A stretch of 64,000 nucleotides of DNA, taken from Lepidodermella squamata (Eukaryota > Animalia > Gastrotricha). Each line of letters starts with the position of its first letter. Within the stretch, counting starts at the first letter, position 1. Location: positions 2,542,001 to 2,606,000 of the forward strand of contig JBLDXI010000054.1 in the NCBI GenBank assembly GCA_047495785.1. Direction: 5' to 3'. Shown here one piece after another: positions 50,609 through 61,777 of the stretch. Below the pieces are notes generated by a model that did not search any database, was not told where the DNA came from, and saw nothing but the letters and a program-made list of their open reading frames with translations. The translations under genes were made by a program, and so were the position numbers.

Positions 50609-52333
50609 CTATTTCAAAAAAACGCTGTTTGCCAGCTGCCTTCTGAAGTCGGACAAAAGAGGAGATGAGTGATAGACAGCCATTTCCATAATTATCGGCA
50701 TGATTTGGGCATAGGCTCGGATCTTCTCTCGGAAGATAAGGGTGGCTGTTGGGTAATATCCTAGCATAGTGTAAATTCTCGACAAACGATCATCTGCATT
50801 TGTTTTGCTACGAACGACCCTGATTAAAGCAGACTCGTACCGCATCCTCAGATCGAGAACTGCACTTGGCTGTTTCAAGCCTGCTACATCTGTGGAAGAA
50901 TTTCCAAGAATAAATATTTCTGGTAAAAGAAATCACAGCTTTTTCTTACCCGGTTTAAGGCAGAGCAAAGCGCAAAACAGAGCGAATTCGAAATTTTTGA
51001 TAGGCTCGTCGCCATCATATTTCCAGCTTGTAACAACAGCTCACTCAACTGCTCTTGATATCGTCGAAAAACCGAACTCCTCTCGTAGAAATCAGGATCG
51101 TTTTCGTTCAATCCAGCGGTGGCCGTCAGTCGCTTAAAAACCTCCGTTGATTCACCAGGTGCTAGTGATAGGAAATTCATGCTTTGTGTCTCAACGTCGA
51201 ATTCAAGCGAGAACTGAGCGACTAAAACGGGAAAGAAGCTTTCCGTGAACAGAACCATTTTGTCATCGAGAGGAATTTCGTTAATTCCAGGAAGGGAGAG
51301 GAAAAAGTCGCTTATGCATTTCAGATAGATCTCAGCGGATTCCTGCCGTAACCTGACTGCCTCTTCAACAGTAGTATTTTGATTCAAGTAGATGCGAACA
51401 TCGCTAATAGGAGCCAAATATGCCGCTGATTTAGTAACTTGGGCTAACAGTCCGTCTATCTCGTTTGGAAGACTCATTATTGGGAACGAGGTCGATGAAG
51501 TTAGTGAGACAGAGCTAATTTCCTGATCAATAGAGATGTTGCTAGCACTTGTATGGGGGATAGACTGATTTGAGCATTCAGGAGATTCATTCTTCTGTAA
51601 TTCAGCAGTATGGTCCTTTTTTCTTTGGCGTGTAACTGCTCCATCGCGATCAGTTGCCTTCTGGGTGATTACTTTCATCTCGTTTTTCTTGTTCGTTGAC
51701 GCGCCACGCGGGGCATTTCCGTCTAACTTCATCCCAGCATTGCGACAGCGCTGCAAGCGACACTTTCGGCAGTTTGATTTGATAGGACAGAGTTCGTTTT
51801 TGCCGGTTATCCATTTGCATAAATATTGCAGTCTATAATTCTGTCGAACCGAGCGTCTGAAGAAGACCTTGCAGCCATCGCAGGAAATCACGCCATAGTG
51901 AAAACCGGTGCCTGTTTAAAATGGTCATCAAAGATTATGAAGTCTGAGGTTTTTATCTTAACATACTGGTACAGCCACAGATAGTACAAGGAGCTTTGCC
52001 AACCTCAATACGGTCAGTAGGTTTTGCAGGTTCCCTGTTCTTGTCAGCATTTGGAAGCCCCTTGAACGTTTTTTGATCAACAACGGCCTGGCAGTGTTTG
52101 AAGCGGCAATAACGACAGGTTTTTGTATGCTCGGTTTCAGGGTGTCGATCGCAGTGGTATTCTGGGCAGCTATCGATAGTCGCATACTTGTAGCGGCACC
52201 AGAACTTACGACAAGCCTCGCAAAGTAAGCAGTTTTTCAGAGCTTCAAGTTGCTCAGACGATTGTCGCTTTCGGAAGACAATGGGCGATCTTTTACAGAC
52301 TTGACATTCAGCGTCAAATATAAATGGAGCCAT
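50609..52333 (-). pseudogene. Two-DBD nuclear receptor NR12 with an apparent 1-nt frameshift in the LBD (~50990); pseudogene or assembly error
   Basis: Reads TCA AAA ATT TC GAA TTC GCT CTG where paralogs encode SKIDEFAL; the EFALFCALLCLKP motif lies in another frame. Confidence 0.7.
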
Positions 52334-52855
52334 CACATGTTAGTTTAAAAACAGATCTAATGATCATCATGGCAAAGTATCAACGAATTTCAATGGGAGA
52401 ATTTAGAAAACGGCAGATACAGACTCGTTGATGAACTTGGGCCACAGTGTATAGATGTAGACATCTAGAACAATAGCTTCCGAGGTAGAGTAAAAAAGGC
52501 ACCCTTTAATGCGTATAAAGCCTAATCAGCTCGACTCAGCTTTCAACAATGGATGGAAGGGCAGAGTCAAGCCCACCTATTGTTATCATTAGATGTAATT
52601 TCTATTTCTGTATTTCTGCTCAGTAAAGCAATTGAAGCTAGTTGAATCATCAGGGCAAATTTAACGTAAATGCAAGTTTCTTTGAGATGCATTAAATATT
52701 TTGTTAATCTCACAGGAATAACTACCGAAATTATCGTGCAATGTGCAGTACCGAGCATCTCAATTCGAGCTCTTAAAGTAGAAGAGAACAGGTGACGAAT
52801 TCTAATTGTTCAATTAAATTCAATATGAAGCGTGATCATTGTTGTCGCAAACTAA

Positions 52856-54934
52856 TTAGGAAACACTGCTTGCGAGCTGCTTTTTGAAGTCGAGCACAAG
52901 TGGCGAGTGAGATGCAGTCAATTCATTCATTACCGGCATGATTCGAGTATGGTCACGGAACATCGCCCGGAAGATTGCCGAAGCTGTCGGGTAATAGCCG
53001 AGCATGGCATATATTTGCGACAGGCGGTTATCCGCATTTGGCTTGCCTCGAACGACTCTAATGAGAGCATTTTCATATCGCATCCGCAGATCGAGAACTG
53101 CGCTTGGCTGCTTCAAGCCTGCCACATCTGTATAACAAATTGTCCTGAAATCAAGACTGCAAATTGGAAAGGAAGCTCAGCCTACGAACCCCTAATCCTC
53201 TAACTACCCGACCACAGCCTAGTGTCTAGGCTAAAACTCTGTTGATGAAAAGATCGGGAAAAAGCGTGATATCTAACTAGCTCAATCGCTTTAGTCTTTT
53301 TTGCTTTTAGAGTATTTTTCCAATTATTTATTCTATTAAGAAGAGGATACTGGCGATAGGGACATGAAGCTTAGAGAAAATTGCGTACCTGGTTTAAGAC
53401 AAAGCAATGCGCAGAAGAGACCGAATTCGTCGATTTTTGATAGACTTGTCGCCATCATGTTACCAGCTCGTAAAAACAGCGCCTTCAACTCCTCTTGACG
53501 CACCCAATTCACAGACATCTGCTCGTGAAAATCAGGATTGTTCTCATCCAATCCACCAGAGGCCACAATCCGTTTGAATAACTCTGCTGATATATCAGTT
53601 GCAAACGACATGAAATTTATGCGCTGCGTCTTAACATCGAATTCAAGCGAGAACTGGGCAACTAAAACTGGGAAGACTCCCTGCGTGAAAAGAGCCATTT
53701 TGTCTTCCAGCGGGATACTGTTGATTCCAGGCAAGGAAAGGAAAAAGTCGCTAACGCATTTGAGATAAATCTCAGCTGACTCTAGACGTAATCTAATGGC
53801 TTCCTCAAGTGTTGTATGGTCGGTCATGTAGATGCGAACTTCACTGATCGGAGCCAAATATGCTGCTGATTTGGTGACTTCGACTAGCAGATGTTCCATC
53901 TCCATTGGTAGTCCCAATAGTGTGAGAGAGGTCGATGAAGCTGGAGAAACAGAGCTCATTCCCTGATCAATCGAGACGCTGCTAGCAGTTGTTTGAGGAA
54001 TCGACTGATTTGAGCCTTCAAGAGATTCGTGTTGCTGTGGTTCAGCAGTGCGGTCCTTATTCCTACGGAGGGTAAGCGCGTTCAGCAACTTGCCGTCATT
54101 AGCAGCTTTCCGGATTGCCACTTTAGTCTTGATCTTCTTCCTGAGAGGTGCGCCACGAGGTGCAACATCACCCAAGGTCATCCCAGCATCGTGGCATCGC
54201 TGCAAACGGCATTTACGGCAATTTGATTTGGCGGGGCACAGCTCGTCTTTGCCAGACAATCGTTTGCAAAGGTACTGCAGTTTGAAATTCTGCCGAACGG
54301 AACGTCGGAAGAATATTTTGCAACCATCACAAGAAATCACTTCGTAATGAACACCAGAACCTGCAAGAAATATTCACAGGCATCTATATTGAATATGACA
54401 GTGTATAATAAGGTTTACTCTTCAGTTAATCCCTCAATTTTAACAACTCTTTGTTTCCTAGACTTTATTTAAACTGTCGATAATGATCGTATTAAACCCC
54501 AAGCTTGATTCAATTATTACTATTCCAAGTAGCTGAATCTTCCTTGTTAATAAAATAATCAACTCACTGGAACAGCCACAGATAGCACACGGAACTTTAG
54601 AAAAGTTGATCCGGCCAGGAGTTGTTGCAGCTTCGCGGGTTTCATCACCATCGGGAAACTCGTGAAGCTTTCTTTGTTCAACTACCGCCTGACAGCGTTG
54701 GAAGCGACAATAGCGGCAAGATTTAGCATGTTCGGTTTCAGGCTGCCTATCGATGTGGCAGTCTGGACAGCTACCAATGGTTGTGTTCTTGTATCGGCAC
54801 CAAAATTTACGGCAAGCTTCGCAAAGTAAGCAGTTACGCAAAGCCTCTAGCTGCTCGACCGACTGTCGTTTTCGGAAGACGATGGGCGATCGTTTACAGA
54901 CTTGACATTCGGCGTCAAATTTGAATGTAAACAT
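52856..54934 (-). CDS. Two-DBD nuclear receptor NR13 (3 exons)
   Basis: ORFs 54458..54934, 53336..54340 and 52856..53125; DBD2 has HYEVISCDGCKI (G>E relative to paralogs). Confidence 0.9.
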
Positions 54935-55299
54935 TAATTATTAGCAACAATGCGTTTAAAAATGATCTAAAATAATAGAATAAATTAATTTTGCATGCAA
55001 GCGAATATATAGAATACTTGAAAAAACTCGAGCATGAAGAACATTTGGTTTGGAATGCAGAATTTCCTCATACCTCAGTTACTCAACGGAAAACATAGGA
55101 ATAAAAATTATATTCGCCGAAAGAAGAAAGCAAAGCATGGTACCAGAGTCGATCACGGCTAAAGGCGAGGAAAAGCTATGGCGAAAAATATGGAAGCGAA
55201 ACTTCCGCCACTTGTTGCTTTGATTTGCGTGCCAGGAAATTTCCCATGAATATGCCAATATCCCCGCAGATTTATTCGAAAAATTGAGTTCTTCCTATT

Positions 55300-57685
55300 T
55301 TAGAAAACACTATTCACTAGCTGTCTTTTGAAGTCGAGCACAAGTGGCGAGTGACATGCTGTTATTTCATTCATAATTGGCATGATTCTAGCATGATCAC
55401 GGAACATTGCTCGGAAGATTGCCGAAGCTGTAGGATAGTAGTCGAGCATAGCATAAATCCGCGACAAACGGTAATCGGCATTTGGTTTGCCCCGAGCAAC
55501 CCTGATCAGAGCATTTTCGTATCGCATCCGCAGTTCAAGAACTGTGCCCGGCTGCTTCAAGCCGGCCACATCTATAAAATTAAAGCAGAAATGAAAATTA
55601 TTCATTGAAGAAATCCAGGTATTTCGGCCTAATGGACGACAAAGAATAAAAAACCCCTCCAATATTCGAAACGCAACTGCGAGATGGCCAGTCGATATCT
55701 TTCAGCCCATCCCACCCAATCACAACAGATCATTACTTATCGGAGTAAACGAGTGTTTTTGAACAGCCAGGAAAAGAGCTCGCAAATGGACAGAGTACCA
55801 AGAAAAATCCCAAGCCATATGGAGCCTCTTAAAACATCTCTTATTTTGTGAATTTATACCTGGTTTAAGACACAGCAAAGCGCAGAACAGAGCGAATTCG
55901 TCGATTTTAGATAAGCTTGTTGCCATCATGTTGCCAGCTTGCAGCAACAGCTCACCCAACTGCTCTTGATATTGTCGAAAAACAGCCGTCCTCTCGTAGA
56001 AATCAGGATCATTCTCATTCAACCCAGCAGTTGCCATCAGTTGTTTAAAACGTTCTGTTGATTCGCCCGGGGCCAGCGACATGTAATTAATACGTTGTTC
56101 GTTAACGTCGAATTCAAGCGATATTTGGGCGACTAACACAGGGAAGACGCCCGGAGTGAATAGAGCAATTTTGTCCTCGGGTGGGATTTCGTTGATTCCA
56201 GGCAGGGAAAGAAAAAACTCGCTAACGCATTTGAGATAAATCTCAACAGATTCCATACGTAGCCTGATCGCTTCATCGTAGGACGTATCGCTTGTCATGT
56301 ATATGCAGATGTCACTGATCGGCGCTAAGTATGCCGCTGATTTTGTGACTTGGACTAACAGACTCTCCATCTCCATTGGAAGTCTTAATAATGGGAGAGA
56401 GGTCGATGAAGCAGGTGATAAACAGCTCATCCCATGGTCGATCGAGACGTTACTAGCACTTGTTTGAGGAGCGGACTGGATTGAAACTTCAGGAGATTCG
56501 CGTGTCTCTGGTTCAGCAGTACGGTCCTTATTCCTACGGCGGGTGACCGAGTTAAGCAGCCTACCATCATTAGCAGCCTTCCGAATCGCAACTTTAATTT
56601 CCAGCTTTTTCTTCATGGGAGCGCCGCGAGGAGGAGCGATATCGCCCAAAGTCATTCCTGCTTCCTGACAACGCTTCAATCGACACTTACGGCAATTTGA
56701 TTTGGCAGGGCAAAGCTCGTCTTTGCCTGATAGCCCTTTGCAAATGTATTGAAGTTTGAAATTCTGCCGAACGGAGCGGCGGAAGAAGATTTTGCATCCA
56801 TCACAAGAAACGACACCGTAATGAGCACCAGAACCTATAGTTGACATTACAATTCCAAATAAATTTGATCGCCATTTATAAAAAATTGTTATAATTAAGT
56901 GGGGCTTCTCAAAATGGGGGTCGCAGGGTCTTTTCACTTGGGTCGCCGAGTGAGCTGGGGGTCACGGGGTCCGCCTGATGATTTTCATATAGCTAAAAAT
57001 TACATAAATTTGGTTCATTTTTGGCCTCTTTGGACAAAAAGCTGGCTGAAGAGCTCAAGTCCATGGAGAGTTCAAGAAATTATAGGAGAAACTGAGTAAA
57101 TTGGGTGATATTTTCTAGCTTGGACCTCGGACGTAGAATTTCGGAATGTTTAGCATCTTTTCCTATACTGAAAATCGATAAAAAATGGAAAAATCCCCCT
57201 GGGGTTACCAGCTTGCAAAGAACTTATGAATTTGGGGTCGCCAAGGTGTTGGGAAGCCCTGTGATATAGTTTCGATTTTTGATCAACCCTCTCGCACAAA
57301 GAATATCTCGAAACTCACTTGAACAGCCACAGATAGTACAAGGCACTTTGGAAAAGTCGATTCGGCCAGGAGTATTCGCCGCCTCGCTATTCTCGTCAGT
57401 AAAAGGAAGCTCATGGAACTTTCTCTGCTCAACAACAGCCTGACAGTGTTGAAAGCGACAATAACGGCAAGATTTAGCATGTTCGGTTTCAGGCTGCCTA
57501 TGGCTTTGGTAGTCCGGACAGCTATCAATGGTTGTGTTCTTGTAACGGCACCAAAATTTACGGCAAGCTTCGCAGAGTAAGCAATTTCGCAAAGCTTCTA
57601 GGTGCTCAGCGGATTGCTGCTTTCGCAATAGGATGGGTGATCGCTTACAAACTTGACATTGAGCGTCAAATTTGAAAGGAGCCAT
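55300..57685 (-). CDS. Two-DBD nuclear receptor NR14 (3 exons; first intron enlarged by a repeat)
   Basis: MAPFKFDAQCQVC..; [19 protein letters not shown]; LBD; HSPLVLDF. Confidence 0.9.
56900..57261. mobile_element. Probable hAT-type MITE in intron 1 of NR14
   Basis: Imperfect terminal inverted repeats TGGGGCTTCTCAA ... TTGGGAAGCCCTG, subterminal GGGGTC(G/A)C repeats, degenerate 8-bp flanks (taattaag/tgatatag). The intron is much longer than in most paralogs. Confidence 0.5.
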
Positions 57686-57895
57686 CGCGGTTGTTATCAA
57701 ATAATTTGTTGTATAAGAGATCTAGAAAATAGTAAAAGTATACCTGTGAAGATAAACATTAGGAACTCTTTGTAGAGATTTTACTGCTGCGTAGAAAAAA
57801 GCTTATTCGTGTTTATCATAAAAACTTGTCCGACCAAATCGGTCAATTTTAAGTTGACACGCGACTGAACCGAGAGTTCAAGAAACACGGAACAG

Positions 57896-60204
57896 TCACG
57901 ATGACGAATCACCAATAAAGCGTGTAGTAAAATCCATCATAAGAGGCGATGCTTCACTAGTGAAAGCAGTAAACTCTCGGGGTAAGATTTCATACGCTTG
58001 GCGGAAAGCGTGCGATAGTAAAGTTGTCGACTGTCTGTAAAAGGCCAACATATTGTAAATTTGTCCTAATTTCGTCTCGCGTCCGTTCAATCTCCGAGAG
58101 TATTGATGCATAATTTCTTCGTGAAAAGACCTCAAGTCTTCAACAGCGTTAACCTCAATGATACCAGTAGCTTCTAAAACAAGATTTCCTAATAAAAACA
58201 AGTGAAAATAGCAAAAACTATCGAACCTGGGTTAATGGCGAGAAGACTACAAAATATCGAGAATTCTTCGATGTTAGAAATCGTATTCGACATCCAATTG
58301 CCAGCAGCTATCAGATATCGCTCAATCACTGCGCTTTCAGGAGCTTTCTCCCGAACAATATCCAACGACTCGCCTGGGTCCATCGAAAACAAATTCGCTG
58401 TTTGAGTGGCCGCATCGAATTGCAGCGAGAGTTGGGCGATTGAAATCGGGAAAAAAGCTTGAGTGAAGAGGGTCACCTTATCTTCCAGGTTGATTCGGCC
58501 GATTCCGGGCAGCGAATTGACAAACTCGCTAACAGCTTTCATGTAAGGCTCGAAAGACTTCATTCGAATTGTGTGCAAATCGTATAGCTCCATACCGCGA
58601 TGGTAAAATACCCGGACGTGGCTGATAGGTGCCAGGTGAGAGGCACTCCAAGCCAATTTCGGCAGGATCGAATCGATTTCAAGTGGCCTTACGTGACCGA
58701 AATCACTGCAATCTGAAACAGGGGTGGTACCTTGAATCTGCTTGATTTGGCTAAGGAGGATCTCAGAAGTTTGAACTTGATTGCCCCATAAAACCGTGAG
58801 ATCGGACGAACTTCCCTGGACCGATGTTGCTGATTGGTTACCAGAGTCCACTGCCTCAGTTACCTGAGGTGGGACTTCAGAATCAGGTGATGATTCTGAT
58901 TTCTTGCGAGGCCTCCGTAGGACCTTTTTCTTCAAGATGGACCCCTCTTGAAGATGCTCCTTTACTTTGAGGGCAAGTTGCATTTTCCTGGTCATTTTGT
59001 TGTGATTGGCCGATTTATTGTCGCCAGCCGACATTCCAGCATCGAAGCAACGCTGTAAGCGGCATTTCCTACAACTTGAATCCTGAGAGCACAACTGCCC
59101 GGTGTTGTTCTTGCAGATGTAGTGGAGCTTGAATGTGCCCATGACAGACCGGCGAAAAAATGTCTTACATCCTTCGCAGGAAATTACGCCATAATTTACA
59201 CCACTGCCTAAAAATGAAAATAAAATCGAAATAAATTCGAATCCACGGTAACTGAGGGATGGAAAAACTGCGGTGACAAATTTCAATCAATTCAATATCT
59301 AACATATTATTTGGGTATTTAACTGGTTAGGGTTAGGTTAGGATTAGAGGCTGGGTCTTCGAATTGGGGGCTTGATTGGAATAACTGAATGAAATAATTT
59401 GGTACAGAATTGAATTATTTTTGGCACTGAATTCAAAAATTTGGTAATGAATTCACCATACCTGGAGGAATTTTTATTAAACAATTAATAAAATCATGAC
59501 TAAGCCGTTGATCAAAGTGATCAGGAGACGATAGACAGCAAAGTTTTTATGGTGATTAATTGAATTTTCCACACAAAAACATAGAATTTTCAAGATTCTG
59601 AAAAATTAATCGAAAATTAATCGAAGCTTATTTTCGAAAAATTAATCGAAATTTTGAAAAAATTTGGCAACAGGCCCTTTTATTAGGACCCTTTTATATT
59701 AGTGTACCAATAAAAAATGCCTCTGGCTGATTTGAAAAAAAATCACGATAAGTTCAATTTTTTCTAAATTTATCACAGATTTATAATTCTTTTTGCAGTT
59801 AACTGATATTGGCCTGGCGATTTTTTAATTATTTAACCTAAATAGATGATGCGAGAAAATTAATTACTTGAGCATTTGCAGATTGTGCATGGAATTTTAC
59901 CAAAATTAAATCTCCTAGGTCTGGAATTATTATTATCATTAGCCGGCGATAGAGCTGGCAGTAAATTTGAGGTTGAAGTCGAGCGCTGTTGCAAGACAGA
60001 TTCGCAGAGCTGAAGTCGGCAAAATCGGCATTTTTTCGCCGCTGATTTCGAACACAGACATCCGTCCAAGCGCTCGGTTTTATGGCGACTATGAAATTTT
60101 CGGCAGGCCTCGCAAATTTGCGGTTTGGCGTCTAAAATTGCCAGCGAATCTTCGGCAGCCATTGACCGCTGGCAAACACCACAGCTAGCCGATTTTCGTT
60201 TCAT
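57896..60204 (-). CDS. Two-DBD nuclear receptor NR15 (3 exons)
   Basis: MKRKSASCGVC..CEACRKFH..CLC..CRFC; DBD2 SGVNYGVISCEGCKTFFRRS; LBD FVNSLPGIGRINLEDKVTLF; SPLMMDF. Confidence 0.88.
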
Positions 60205-61777
60205 TATCACACATATATTTAAAATTCCTGGATTTAGGGTAAAAAATCGGGAGCTAATGATTATTTTACCAGGCAGAGCATCAGTTCTATGTGAAATATA
60301 GAAACACACACGCTTTGTATTAATGATTATTATAGAAATACTACTGCTAGCATTTATAATGATAGTAAAAGCATTCATAATCGATCGCTGCAAATTATTG
60401 ATTTTTTTAGAGGTAATTTTACCTCTTAAGCAGGCGACATATAAGGCCTGAGCTTGCAGACCTGCAAAAGACGCTGTAAATTTATACTATGTGGTTGTAT
60501 TACTACGTTTCTACTACTGGAATAAATGTACTCGGCCGCACACTAATAATATAAATACAATGTGAGCAATGTCAAACGTATAATAATAATAATGTCATGT
60601 ACTTGCTTTTGCTGAGCTTTTTTGTGTGTGTGGTGAGCGCAGCAACTCGTGAATGGGGTCTAGAATTATCTCTCCTAGTTTTTCACGAGCACTGGCTACA
60701 TAATGCAAAACATACATTTTCGCGGTTTTTTTTATCATAATATATGTATGAAAATGTAACGCTTGAATCTATAAAACGATTTCACAATGAAATTCTAAAT
60801 ATTCTCAATCGCTCCCGCTCGCAGACGCTGAGAGAAGCTGTACTTTATAATAGCGGCGAGGCGGTGTAAATTTCTCGTGAAGAGAAAGCAAAATAAGGAG
60901 GTTTAGAATGAAAAAAGAGCATCTAAAACTACCAAAAACTACTTAAAAAATAACTTAGTAATTTAGAGATAAAAAACATGTCGCAAGACCCGGGTTCATT
61001 TTCAAGCTTGAAGACGCACGATAAGACATGCTCGGTTTGAACGAAGAGAACGGCTGCATTTTGAATTTTATTTTGAAAAATTGGTAACGAAAGCGAAGTT
61101 GTACGTAGCGCAAGTAGAATGAGACGTGGCGTATGAAAAGTGACCTTGGAGTTTCTGTTGCGTCATACAATTGCGGCGACTATGCACTACCACAATCGAC
61201 CTTTCTCAAATTCCCATCTAGCTTAAATGAGGGCCCTTTTCACACGGCTTATGTACGGCAGGTCTCACATTTGAACAGGGTAATTTTGGAAACTCGGCTC
61301 TTCGGCTTTGAAGGCGGTGAATAGCTTTGTAACGCCGTACGAAAAGACACAGAGTTTGCTTCATATAATTCCCTGTCTCTTGAGCTTTCGAATGGCTCAA
61401 GTCTCAAGGTGATCGGAGCAATACTTTTTTGAGAAATATTATGCACAAGGGAACTAAATCTCGATTTATCAAAACACTCAAGTCAGGAAAAATCGTATAA
61501 TCATCAAATTTTAGCGATAATTCAGGGCTCACCTTACACACCTTCGCACCAAAAATCAGCGATTTCTGGAAGTGTTTTATCTTTTCAAATTGAATGAAAA
61601 ATTGAATGAAAAAAAAATTTTACTCAAAAAAATGCTATCTTCACCACAATTGCGTGTGGTACAGTGTATTGTCACCTTATACAGATATTTTTCTATACTC
61701 ATCAGCGCAATAATATGGGAAACTTTCATAGAACTCGCAATAATGCTAAGATTGAATGTGAAGGTAGAATGAGACAG

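Noticed and set aside
35374-55608. Recurring plus-strand ORFs across the array (e.g. ..[15 protein letters not shown]..)
   Set aside because: Antisense shadows of conserved NR codons, repeated because the genes are paralogs.
59325-59347. GGTTAGGGTTAGGTTAGGATTAG telomere-like run in the NR15 intron
   Set aside because: Only ~4 degenerate units; too short to call an interstitial telomere.
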